Origin: Eledone cirrhosa
Taxonomy: Eukaryota
DNA length: 64,000 nucleotides
Direction of reading: 5' to 3'
Assembly: GCA_964016885.1 (NCBI GenBank)
Contig: OZ024745.1
Location: 42,284,001-42,348,000, forward strand
A program made the translations under genes and the position numbers. Shown in pieces: positions 41,301-55,100 of this stretch; positions within the stretch are counted from its first letter, which is position 1; every line of letters begins with the position of its first letter. The notes beneath the pieces were generated by a model. The model worked only from the letters and a program-made list of their open reading frames with translations, had not been told where the DNA came from and did no database searches.

Positions 41301-43165
41301 TCACCTTATTGCAGATGACTAGATGACTAGGCAATAGAATGCAGAGTGACTCCTGGCTTAAGTGAACTATAGTATCACCTTATTGCAGATGACTAGATGT
41401 CTAGGCAATAGAATGCAGAGGGACTCCTGGCTTCAGTGAAATATAGTCTCACCTTATTGCAGATGACTAGATGACTAGGCAATAGAATGCAGAGTGACTC
41501 CTTGCTTCAGTGAAGTATAGTCTAACCATTGTTGCAGATGACTAGATGGCTAGGCAATAGAATGCAGAGTGACTCCTGGATTATGTGAACTATAGTCTCA
41601 CCTTATTGCAGATGACTAGATGACTAGGCAATAGAATGCAGAGTGACTCCTGGCTTCAGTGAAGTATAGTCTAACCATTGTTGCAGATGACTAGATGACT
41701 AGGCAATAGAATGCAGTGACTCCTGGCTTCAGTGAAGTATAGTCTAACCATTGTTGCAGATGACTAGATGACTAGGCAATAGAATGCAGAATGACTCCTG
41801 GCTTCAGTGAACTATAGTCTCAACTTATTGCAGATGACTAGATGACTAGGCAATAGAATGGAGAGTGACTCCTGGCTTCTGTGAACTGTAGTCTAATCAT
41901 TGTTGCAGATGACTAGATGATTAGGCAATAGATTGCAGAGTGACTGCGGGCTTCAGTGAAGTATAGTCTCACCTTATTGCAGATGACTAGATGACTAGGC
42001 AATAGAATGCAGTGACTCCTGGCTTCAGTGAAGTATAGTCTAACCATTGTTTCAGATGACTAGATGACTAGGCAATAGAATGCAGAATGACTCCTGGCTT
42101 CTGTGAACTATAGTCCCACCTTAATTCAGATGACTAGATTACTACGCAATAGAATGCAGAGTGACTCCTGGCTTCAGTGAACTATAGTCCCACCTTATTG
42201 CAGATGACTAGATGACTAGGCAATAGAATGCAGAGTGACTCCTGGCTTCGGTTAAGTATAGTCTAACCTTTGTTGCAGATGACTAGATGACTAGTCAATA
42301 GAATGTAGAGTGACTCCTGGCTTCAGTGAACTATAGTCTCACCTTATTGCAGATGACTAGATGACTAGGCAATAGAATACAGAGTGACTCCTGGCTTCAG
42401 TGAAGTATAGTCTAACCATTGTTGCAGATGACTAGATGACTAGGCAATAGAATGCAGAATGACTCCTGGCTTCAGTGAACTATAGTCTCAACTTATTGCA
42501 GATGACTAGATGACTAGGCAATAGAATGGAGAGTGTCTCCTGGCTTCTGTGAACTGTAGTCTAATCATTGTTGCAGATGACTAGATGACTAGGCAATAGA
42601 TTGCAGAGTGACTGCGGGCTTCAGTGAACTATAGTCTCACATTATTGCAGATGACTAGAAGACTAGGCAATAGAATGCAGAGTGACTCCTGGCTTCTGTG
42701 AACTGTAGTATAACCATTGTTGCAGATGGCTAGATGACTAGGCAATAGAATGCAGTGACTCCTGGCTTCAGTGAAGTATAGTCTAACCATTGTTTCAGAT
42801 GACTAGATGACTAGGCAATAGAATGCAGAATGACTCCTGGCTTCTGTGAACTATAGTCCCACCTTATTGCAGATGACTAGATTACTATGCAATAGAATGC
42901 AAAGTGACTCCTGGCTTCAGTGAACTATAGTCTCACATTATTGCAGATGACTAGAAGACTAGGCAATAGAATGCAGAGTGACTCCTGGCTTCTGTGAACT
43001 GTAGTATAACCATTGTTGCAGATGACTAGATGACTAGGCAATAGATTGCAGAGTGACTCCGGGTCCAGTGAAGTATAGTCTCACCTTATTGCAGATGACT
43101 AGATGACTAGGCAATAGAATGCAGAGTGACACCTGGCTTCAGTGAACTATAGACTCACCTTATTG

Positions 43166-46100
43166 CAAATGACGAGATGACTAGGCAATAGAATGCAGAG
43201 TGACTCCTGGCTTCTGTGAACTATAGTCTCACCTTATTGCAGATGACTAGATGACTAGGCAATAGAATGCAGAGTGACTCCTGGCTTCAGTGAAGTATAG
43301 TCTAACCATTGTTGCAGATGACTAGATGACTAGGCAATAGAATGCAGAGTGACTCCTGGCTTCTGTGAACTATAGTCTCACCTTATTGCAGATGACTAGA
43401 TGACTAGGCAATAGAATGCAGAGTGACTCCTGGCTTCAGTGAAGTATAGTCTAACCATTGTTGCAGATGACTAGATGACTAGGCAATAGAATGCAGAGTG
43501 ACTCCTGGCTTCAGTGAACTATATTCTCAGCTTCTTGCGGATGACTAGATGACTAGGCAATAGAATGCAGAGTGACTCCTGACTTCAGTGAACTATAGTC
43601 TCACCTTATTGCAGATGAATAGATGACTAGGCAAAAGAATGCAAAGTGACTCCGGGTTTCAATAAACTATAGTCTCACCTTATTGCAGATGACTAGATGA
43701 CTAGGCAATAGAATGCAGTGACTCCTGGCTTCGGTGAAGTATAGTCTAGCCATTGTTGCAGATGACTAGATGACTAGGCAATAGAATGCAGAGGGACTCC
43801 TGGCTTCAGTGAACAATAGTCTAACCATTGTTTCAGATGACTAGATGACTAGTCAATGAATGCAGAATGACTCCTGGCTTCTGTGAACTATAGTCCCACC
43901 TTATTGCAGATGACTAGATTAACGCAATAGAATGCAGAGTGACTCTTGGCTTCAGTGAACTATAGTCTCACATTATTGCAGATGACTAGAAACTAGGCAA
44001 TAGAATGCAGAGTGAATCCTGGCTTCTGTGAACTGTAGTCTAAACATTGTTGCAGATGACTAGATGACTAGGCAATAGATTGCAGCGTGACTCCGGGTTC
44101 AGTGAAGTTTAGTCTCACCTTATTGCAGATGACTAGATGACTAGGCAATAGAATGCAGAGTGACTCCTGGCTTAAGTGAACTATAGTATCACCTTATTGC
44201 AGATGACTAGATGTCTAGGCAATAGAATGCAGAGGGACTCCTGGCTTCAGTGAAATATAGTCTCACCTTATTGCAGATGACTAAATGACTAGGCAATAGA
44301 ATGCAGAGTGACTCCTTGCTTCAGTGAAGTATAGTCTAACCATTGTTGCAGATGACTAGATGGCTAGGCAATAGAATGCAGAGTGACTCCTGGATTCTGT
44401 GAACTATAGTCTCACTTTATTGCAGATGACTAGATGACTAGGCAATAGAATGCAGAGTGACTCCTGGCTTCAGTGAAGTATACTCTAACCATTGTTGCAG
44501 ATGACTAGATGACTAGGCAATAGAATGCAGTGACTCCTGGCTTCAGTGAAGTATAGTCTAACCATTGTTGCAGATGACTAGATGACTAGGCAATAGAATG
44601 CAGAATGACTCCTGGCTTCAGTGAACTATAGTCTCAACTTATTGCAGATGACTAGATGACTAGGCAATAGAATGGAGAGTGACTCCTGGCTTCTGTGAAC
44701 TGTAGTCTAATCATTGTTGCAGATGATTAGATGATTAGGCAATAGATTGCAGAGTGACTGCGGGCTTCAGTAAAGTATAGTCTCACCTTATTGCAGATGA
44801 CTAGATGACTAGGCAATAGAATGCAGTGACTCCTGGCTTCAGTGAAGTATAGTCTAACCATTGTTTCAGATAACTAGATGACTAGGCAATAGAATGCAGA
44901 ATGACTCCTGGCTTCTGTGAACTATAGTCCCACCTTAATTCAGATGACTAGATTACTACGCAATAGAACGCAGAGTGACTCCTGGCTTCAGTGAACTATA
45001 GTCTCACATTATTGCAGATGACTAGAAGACTAGGCAATATAATGCAGAGTGACTCCTGGCTTCTGTGAACTGTAGTATAATCATTGTTGCAGATGACTAG
45101 ATGACTAGGCAATAGATTGCAGAGTGACTCCGGGTTCAGTGAAGTATAGTCTCACCTTATTGCAGATGACTAGATGACTAGGCAATAGAATGCAGAGTGA
45201 CTCCTGGCTTCAGTGAACTATAGACTCACCTTATTGCAAATGACGAGATGACTAGTCAATAGAATGCAGAGTGACTCCTGGCTTCTGTCAACTATAGTCT
45301 CACGTTATTGCAGATGAACTAGATGACTAGGCAATAGAATGCAGAGTGACTCCTGGCTTCAGTGAAGTATAGTCTAACCATTGTTGCAGATGGCTAGATG
45401 ACTAGGCAATAGAATGCAGAGTGACTCCTGGCTTCTGTGAACTATAGTCTCACCTTATTGCAGATGACTAGATGACTAGGCAATAGAATGCAGAGTGACT
45501 CCTGGCTTCAGTGAAGTATAGTCTAACCATTGTTGCAGATGACTAGATGACTAGGCAATAGAATGCAGAGTGACTCCTGGCTTCAGTGAACTATAGGCTC
45601 ACCTTATTGCAGATGACTAGATGACTAAGCAAAAGAATGCAGAGTGACTGCTGGCTTCAGTGAACTATAGTCTCACCTTATTGCAGATGACTAGATGACT
45701 AGGCAATAGAATACAGAGGGACTCCTGGCTTCAGTGAACTATAGTCTCAGCTTATTGCGGATGACTAGATGACTACGCAATAGAATGCAGAGTGACTCCT
45801 GACTTCAGTGAACTATAGTCTCACCTTATTGCAGATGACTAGATGTCTAGGCAAAAGAATGCAGAGTGACTCCGGGTTTCAATGAACTATAGTCTCACCT
45901 TATTGCAGATGACTAGATGACTAGGCAATAGAATGCAGTGACTCCTGGCTTCAGTGAAGTATAGTCTAACCATTGTTGCAGATGACTAGATGACTAGGCA
46001 ATAGATTGCAGAGTGACTCCGGGTTTCAGTGAACTATAGTCTCACCTTATTGCAGATGACTAGATAACTAGGCAATAGAATGCAGAGTGACTCCTGGCTT

Positions 46101-49100
46101 CTGTGAACTATAGTCTCACCTTATTGCAGATGACTAGATTACTACGCAATAGAATGCAGAGTGACTCCTGGCTTCAGTGAACTATAGTCTCACATTATTG
46201 CAGATGACTAGAAGACTAGGCAATAGAATGCAGAGTGACTCCTGGCTTCTGTGAACTGTAGTCTAACCATTGTTGCAGATGACTAGATAACTAGGCAATA
46301 GATTGCAGAGTGACTCCGGGTTCAGTGAAGTATAGTCTCGCCTTATTGCAGATGACTAGATGACTAGGCAATAGAATGCAGAGTGACTCCTGGCTTCGGT
46401 GAACTATAGTCTCACCTTATTGCAGATGACTAGATGACTAGGCAATAGAATGCAGAGGGACTCCTGGCTTCAGTGAACTATAGTCTCACCTTATTGCAGA
46501 TGACTAGATGACTAGGCAATAGAATGCAGAGTGACTCCTGGCTTCGGTTAAGTATAGTCTAACCTTTGTTGCAGATGACTAGATGACTAGTCAATAGAAT
46601 GTAGAGTGACTCCTGGCTTCAGTGAACTATAGTCTCAACTTATTGCAGATGACTAGATGACTAGGCAATAGAATGGAGAGTGACTACTGGCTTCTGTGAA
46701 CTGTAGTCTAATCATTGTTGCAGATGACTAGATGACTAGGCAATAGATTGCAGAGTGACTGCGGGCTTCAGTGAAGTATAGTCTCACCTTATTGCAGATG
46801 ACTAGATGACAAGGCAAAAGAATGCAGGGTGACTCTGGGTTTCAATGAACTATAGTCTCACCTTATTGCAGATGACTAGATGACTAGGCAATAGAATGCA
46901 GTGACTCCTGGCTTCAGTGAAGTATAGTCTAACCATTGTTTCAGATGACTAGATGACTAGGCAATAGAATGCAGAATGACTCCTGGCTTCTGTGAACTAT
47001 AGTCCCACCTTATTGCAGATGACTAGATTACTATGCAATAGAATGCAAAGTGACTCCTGGCTTCAGTGAACTATAGTCTCACATTATTGCAGATGACTAG
47101 AAGACTAGGCAATAGAATGCAGAGTGACTCCTGGCTTCTGTGAACTGTAGTATAACCATTGTTGCAGATGACTAGATGACTAGGCAATAGATTGCAGAGT
47201 GACCCCGGGTCCAGTGAAGTATAGTCTCACCTTATTGCAGATGACTAGATGACTAGGCAATAGAATGCAGAGTGACTCCTGGCTTCAGTGAACTATAGAC
47301 TCACCTTATTGCAAATGACGAGATGACTAGGCAATAGAATGCAGAGTGACTCCTGGCTTCTGTGAACTATAGTCTCACCTTATTGCAGATGACTACATGA
47401 CTAGGCAATAGAATGCAGAGTGACTCCTGGCTTCAGTGAAGTATAGTCTAACCATTGTTGCAGATGACTAGATGACTAGGCAATAGAATGCAGAGTGACT
47501 CCTGGCTTCTGTGAACTATAGTCTCACCTTATTGCAGATGACTAGATGACTAGGCAATAGAATGCAGAGTGACTCCTGGCTTCAGTGAAGTATAGTCTAA
47601 ACATTGTTGCAGATGACTAGATGACTAGGCAATAGAATGCAGAGTGACTCCTGGCTTCAGTGAACTATATTCTCAGCTTATTGCGGATGACTAGATGACT
47701 AGGCAATAGAATGCAGAGTGACTCCTGACTTCATTGAACTATAGTCTCACCTTATTGCAGATGACTAGATGACTAGGCAAAAGAATGCAAAGTGACTCCG
47801 GGTTTCAATGAACTATAGTCTCACCTTATTGCAGATGACTAGATGACTAGGCAATAGAATGCAGTGACTCCTGGCTTCAGTGAAGTATAGTCTAGCCATT
47901 GTTGCAGATGACAAGATGACTAGGCAATAGAATGCAGAGGGACTCCTGGCTTCATTGAACTATAGTCTAACCATTGTTTCAGATGACTAGATGACTAGGC
48001 AATAGAATGCAGAATGACTCCTGGCTTCTGTGAACTATAGTCCCACCTTATTGCAGATGACTAGATTAACGCAATAGAATGCAGAGTGACTCTTGGCTTC
48101 AGTGAACTATAGTCTCACATTATTGCAGATGACTAGAAACTAGGCAATAGAATGCAGAGTGAATCCTGGCTTCTGTGAACTGTAGTCTAAACATTGTTGC
48201 AGATGACTAGATGACTAGGCAATAGAATGCAGAGTGACTCCGGGTTCAGTGAAGTATAGTCTCACCTTATTGCAGATGACTAGATGACTAGGCAATAGAA
48301 TGCAGAGTGACTCCTGGCTTAAGTGAACTATAGTCTCACCTTATTGCAGATGACTAGATGACTAGGCAATAGAATGCAGAGGGACTCCTGGCTTCAGTGA
48401 AATATAGTCTCACCTTATTGCAGATGACTAGATGATTAGGCAATAGAATGCAGAGTGACTCCTTGCTTCAGTGAAGTATAGTCTAACCATTGTTGCAGAT
48501 GACTAGATGGCTAGGCAATAGAATGCAGAGTGACTCCTGGATTCTGTGAACTATAGTCTCACTTTATTGCAGATGACTAGATGACTAGGCAATAGAATGC
48601 AGAGTGACTCCTGGCTTCAGTGAAGTATAGTCTAACCATCGTTGCAGATGACTAGATGACTAGGCAATAGAATGCAGTGACTCCTGGCTTCAGTGAAGTA
48701 TAGTCTAACCATTGTTGCAGATGACTAGATGACTAGGCAATAGAATGCAGAATGACTCCTGGCTTCAGTGAACTATAGTCTCAACTTATTGCAGATGACT
48801 AGATGACTAGGCAATAGAATGGAGAGTGACTCCTGGCTTCTGTGAACTGTAGTCTAATCATTGTTGCAGATGATTAGATGATTAGGCAATAGATTGCAGA
48901 GTGACTGCGGGCTTCAGTAAAGTATAGTCTCACCTTATTGCAGATGACTAGATGACTAGGCAATAGAATGCAGTGACTCCTGGCTTCAGTGAAGTATAGT
49001 CTAACCATTGTTTCAGATAACTAGATGACTAGGCAATAGAATGCAGAATGACTCCTGGCTTCTGTGAACTATAGTCCCACCTTAATTCAGATGACTAGAT

Positions 49101-52100
49101 TACTACGCAATAGAACGCAGAGTGACTCCTGGCTTCAGTGAACTATAGTCTCACATTATTGCAGATGACTAGAAGACTAGGCAATATAATGCAGAGTGAC
49201 TCCTGGCTTCTGTGAACTGTAGTATAATCATTGTTGCAGATGACTAGATGACTAGGCAATAGATTGCAGAGTGACTCCGGGTTCAGTGAAGTATAGTCTC
49301 ACCTTATTGCAGATGACTAGATGACTAGGCAATAGAATGCAGAGTGACTCCTGGCTTCAGTGAACTATAGACTCACCTTATTGCAAATGACGAGATGACT
49401 AGTCAATAGAATGCAGAGTGACTCCTGGCTTCTGTCAACTATAGTCTCACGTTATTGCAGATGAACTAGATGACTAGGCAATAGAATGCAGAGTGACTCC
49501 TGGCTTCAGTGAAGTATAGTCTAACCATTGTTGCAGATGGCTAGATGACTAGGCAATAGAATGCAGAGTGACTCCTGGCTTCTGTGAACTATAGTCTCAC
49601 CTTATTGCAGATGACTAGATGACTAGGCAATAGAATGCAGAGTGACTCCTGGCTTCAGTGAAGTATAGTCTAACCATTGTTGCAGATGACTAGATGACTA
49701 GGCAATAGAATGCAGAGTGACTCCTGGCTTCAGTGAACTATAGGCTCACCTTATTGCAGATGACTAGATGACTAAGCAAAAGAATGCAGAGTGACTGCTG
49801 GCTTCAGTGAACTATAGTCTCACCTTATTGCAGATGACTAGATGACTAGGCAATAGAATACAGAGGGACTCCTGGCTTCAGTGAACTATAGTCTCAGCTT
49901 ATTGCGGATGACTAGATGACTACGCAATAGAATGCAGAGTGACTCCTGACTTCAGTGAACTATAGTATCACCTTATTGCAGATGACTAGATGTCTAGGCA
50001 AAAGAATGCAGAGTGACTCCGGGTTTCAATGAACTATAGTCTCACCTTATTGCAGATGACTAGATGACTAGGCAATAGAATGCAGTGACTCCTGGCTTCA
50101 GTGAAGTATAGTCTAACCATTGTTGCAGATGACTAGATGACTAGGCAATAGATTGCAGAGTGACTCCGGGTTTCAGTGAACTATAGTCTCACCTTATTGC
50201 AGATGACTAGATGACTAGGCAATAGAATGCAGAGTGACTCCTGGCTTCTGTGAACTATAGTCTCACCTTATTGCAGATGACTAGATTACTACGCAATAGA
50301 ATGCAGAGTGACTCCTGGCTTCAGTGAACTATAGTCTCACATTATTGCAGATGACTAGAAGACTAGGCAATAGAATGCAGAGTGACTCCTGGCTTCTGTG
50401 AACTGTAGTCTAACCATTGTTGCAGATGACTAGATAACTAGGCAATAGATTGCAGAGTGACTCCGGGTTCAGTGAAGTATAGTCTCGCCTTATTGCAGAT
50501 GACTAGATGACTAGGCAATAGAATGCAGAGTGACTCCTGGCTTCGGTGAACTATAGTCTCACCTTATTGCAGATGACTAGATGACTAGGCAATAGAATGC
50601 AGAGGGACTCCTGGCTTCAGTGAACTATAGTCTCACCTTATTGCAGATGACTAGATGACTAGGCAATAGAATGCAGAGTGACTCCTGGCTTCGGTTAAGT
50701 ATAGTCTAACCTTTGTTGCAGATGACTAGATGACTAGTCAATAGAATGTAGAGTGACTCCTGGCTTCAGTGAACTATAGTTCAACTTATTGCAGATGACT
50801 AGATGACTAGGCAATAGAATGGAGAGTGACTACTGGCTTCTGTGAACTGTAGTCTAATCATTGTTGCAGATGACTAGATGACTAGGCAATAGATTGCAGA
50901 GTGACTGCGGGCTTCAGTGAAGTATAGTCTCACCTTATTGCAGATGACTAGATGACAAGGCAAAAGAATGCAGGGTGACTCTGGGTTTCAATGAACTATA
51001 GTCTCACCTTATTGCAGATGACTAGATGACTAGGCAATAGAATGCAGTGACTCCTGGCTTCAGTGAAGTATAGTCTAACCATTGTTTCAGATGACTAGAT
51101 GACTAGGCAATAGAATGCAGAATGACTCCTGGCTTCTGTGAACTATAGTCCCACCTTATTGCAGATGACTAGATTACTATGCAATAGAATGCAAAGTGAC
51201 TCCTGGCTTCAGTGAACTATAGTCTCACATTATTGCAGATGACTAGAAGACTAGGCAATAGAATGCAGAGTGACTCCTGGCTTCTGTGAACTGTAGTATA
51301 ACCATTGTTGCAGATGACTAGATGACTAGGCAATAGATTGCAGAGTGACCCCGGGTCCAGTGAAGTATAGTCTCACCTTATTGCAGATGACTAGATGACT
51401 AGGCAATAGAATGCAGAGTGACTCCTGGCTTCAGTGAACTATAGACTCACCTTATTGCAAATGACGAGATGACTAGGCAATAGAATGCAGAGTGACTCCT
51501 GGCTTCTGTGAACTATAGTCTCACCTTATTGCAGATGACTACATGACTAGGCAATAGAATGCAGAGTGACTCCTGGCTTCAGTGAAGTATAGTCTAACCA
51601 TTGTTGCAGATGACTAGATGACTAGGCAATAGAATGCAGAGTGACTCCTGGCTTCTGTGAACTATAGTCTCACCTTATTGCAGATGACTAGATGACTAGG
51701 CAATAGAATGCAGAGTGACTCCTGGCTTCAGTGAAGTATAGTCTAAACATTGTTGCAGATGACTAGATGACTAGGCAATAGAATGCAGAGTGACTCCTGG
51801 CTTCAGTGAACTATATTCTCAGCTTATTGCGGATGACTAGATGACTAGGCAATAGAATGCAGAGTGACTCCTGACTTCATTGAACTATAGTCTCACCTTA
51901 TTGCAGATGACTAGATGACTAGGCAAAAGAATGCAAAGTGACTCCGGGTTTCAATGAACTATAGTCTCACCTTATTGCAGATGACTAGATGACTAGGCAA
52001 TAGAATGCAGTGACTCCTGGCTTCAGTGAAGTATAGTCTAGCCATTGTTGCAGATGACAAGATGACTAGGCAATAGAATGCAGAGGGACTCCTGGCTTCA

Positions 52101-55100
52101 TTGAACTATAGTCTAACCATTGTTTCAGATGACTAGATGACTAGGCAATAGAATGCAGAATGACTCCTGGCTTCTGTGAACTATAGTCCCACCTTATTGC
52201 AGATGACTAGATTAACGCAATAGAATGCAGAGTGACTCTTGGCTTCAGTGAACTATAGTCTCACATTATTGCAGATGACTAGAAACTAGGCAATAGAATG
52301 CAGAGTGAATCCTGGCTTCTGTGAACTGTAGTCTAAACATTGTTGCAGATGACTAGATGACTAGGCAATAGAATGCAGAGTGACTCCGGGTTCAGTGAAG
52401 TATAGTCTCACCTTATTGCAGATGACTAGATGACTAGGCAATAGAATGCAGAGTGACTCCTGGCTTAAGTGAACTATAGTCTCACCTTATTGCAGATGAC
52501 TAGATGACTAGGCAATAGAATGCAGAGGGACTCCTGGCTTCAGTGAAATATAGTCTCACCTTATTGCAGATGACTAGATGATTAGGCAATAGAATGCAGA
52601 GTGACTCCTTGCTTCAGTGAAGTATAGTCTAACCATTGTTGCAGATGACTAGATGGCTAGGCAATAGAATGCAGAGTGACTCCTGGATTCTGTGAACTAT
52701 AGTCTCACTTTATTGCAGATGACTAGATGACTAGGCAATAGAATGCAGAGTGACTCCTGGCTTCAGTGAAGTATAGTCTAAACATCGTTGCAGATGACTA
52801 GATGACTAGGCAATAGAATGCAGTGACTCCTGGCTTCAGTGAAGTATAGTCTAACCATTGTTGCAGATGACTAGATGACTAGGCAATAGAATGCAGAATG
52901 ACTCCTGGCTTCAGTGAACTATAGTCTCAACTTATTGCAGATGACTAGATGACTAGGCAATAGAATGGAGAGTGACTCCTGGCTTCTGTGAACTGTAGTC
53001 TAATCATTGTTGCAGATGATTAGATGATTAGGCAATAGATTGCAGAGTGACTGCGGGCTTCAGTAAAGTATAGTCTCACCTTATTGCAGATGACTAGATG
53101 ACTAGGCAATAGAATGCAGTGACTCCTGGCTTCAGTGAAGTATAGTCTAACCATTGTTTCAGATAACTAGATGACTAGGCAATAGAATGCAGAATGACTC
53201 CTGGCTTCTGTGAACTATAGTCCCACCTTAATTCAGATGACTAGATTACTACGCAATAGAACGCAGAGTGACTCCTGGCTTCAGTGAACTATAGTCTCAC
53301 ATTATTGCAGATGACTAGAAGACTAGGCAATATAATGCAGAGTGACTCCTGGCTTCTGTGAACTGTAGTATAATCATTGTTGCAGATGACTAGATGACTA
53401 GGCAATAGATTGCAGAGTGACTCCGGGTTCAGTGAAGTATAGTCTCACCTTATTGCAGATGACTAGATGACTAGGCAATAGAATGCAGAGTGACTCCTGG
53501 CTTCAGTGAACTATAGACTCACCTTATTGCAAATGACGAGATGACTAGTCAATAGAATGCAGAGTGACTCCTGGCTTCTGTCAACTATAGTCTCACGTTA
53601 TTGCAGATGAACTAGATGACTAGGCAATAGAATGCAGAGTGACTCCTGGCTTCAGTGAAGTATAGTCTAACCATTGTTGCAGATGGCTAGATGACTAGGC
53701 AATAGAATGCAGAGTGACTCCTGGCTTCTGTGAACTATAGTCTCACCTTATTGCAGATGACTAGATGACTAGGCAATAGAATGCAGAGTGACTCCTGGCT
53801 TCAGTGAAGTATAGTCTAACCATTGTTGCAGATGACTAGATGACTAGGCAATAGAATGCAGAGTGACTCCTGGCTTCAGTGAACTATAGGCTCACCTTAT
53901 TGCAGATGACTAGATGACTAAGCAAAAGAATGCAGAGTGACTGCTGGCTTCAGTGAACTATAGTCTCACCTTATTGCAGATGACTAGATGACTAGGCAAT
54001 AGAATACAGAGGGACTCCTGGCTTCAGTGAACTATAGTCTCAGCTTATTGCGGATGACTAGATGACTACGCAATAGAATGCAGAGTGACTCCTGACTTCA
54101 GTGAACTATAGTCTCACCTTATTGCAGATGACTAGATGTCTAGGCAAAAGAATGCAGAGTGACTCCGGGTTTCAATGAACTATAGTCTCACCTTATTGCA
54201 GATGACTAGATGACTAGGCAATAGAATGCAGTGACTCCTGGCTTCAGTGAAGTATAGTCTAACCATTGTTGCAGATGACTAGATGACTAGGCAATAGATT
54301 GCAGAGTGACTCCGGGTTTCAGTGAACTATAGTCTCACCTTATTGCAGATGACTAGATGACTAGGCAATAGAATGCAGAGTGACTCCTGGCTTCTGTGAA
54401 CTATAGTCTCACCTTATTGCAGATGACTAGATTACTACGCAATAGAATGCAGAGTGACTCCTGGCTTCAGTGAACTATAGTCTCACATTATTGCAGATGA
54501 CTAGAAGACTAGGCAATAGAATGCAGAGTGACTCCTGGCTTCTGTGAACTGTAGTCTAACCATTGTTGCAGATGACTAGATAACTAGGCTATAGATTGCA
54601 GAGTGACTCCGGGTTCAGTGAAGTATAGTCTCGCCTTATTGCAGATGACTAGATGACTAGGCAATAGAATGCAGAGTGACTCCTGGCTTCGGTGAACTAT
54701 AGTCTCACCTTATTGCAGATGACTAGATGACTAGGCAATAGAATGCAGAGGGACTCCTGGCTTCAGTGAACTATAGTCTCACCTTATTGCAGATGACTAG
54801 ATGACTAGGCAATAGAATGCAGAGTGACTCCTGGCTTCGGTTAAGTATAGTCTAACCTTTGTTGCAGATGACTAGATGACTAGTCAATAGAATGTAGAGT
54901 GACTCCTGGCTTCAGTGAACTATAGTCTCAACTTATTGCAGATGACTAGATGACTAGGCAATAGAATGGAGAGTGACTACTGGCTTCTGTGAACTGTAGT
55001 CTAATCATTGTTGCAGATGACTAGATGACTAGGCAATAGATTGCAGAGTGACTGCGGGCTTCAGTGAAGTATAGTCTCACCTTATTACAGATGACTAGAT

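Noticed and set aside
46349-46422. tRNA or tRNA-derived unit (tRNA-sized monomer, A-box-like TGGCTTCAGTG)
   Set aside because: There is no cloverleaf, no GTTCRA B box or T loop at the right spacing, and no 7-bp acceptor stem.
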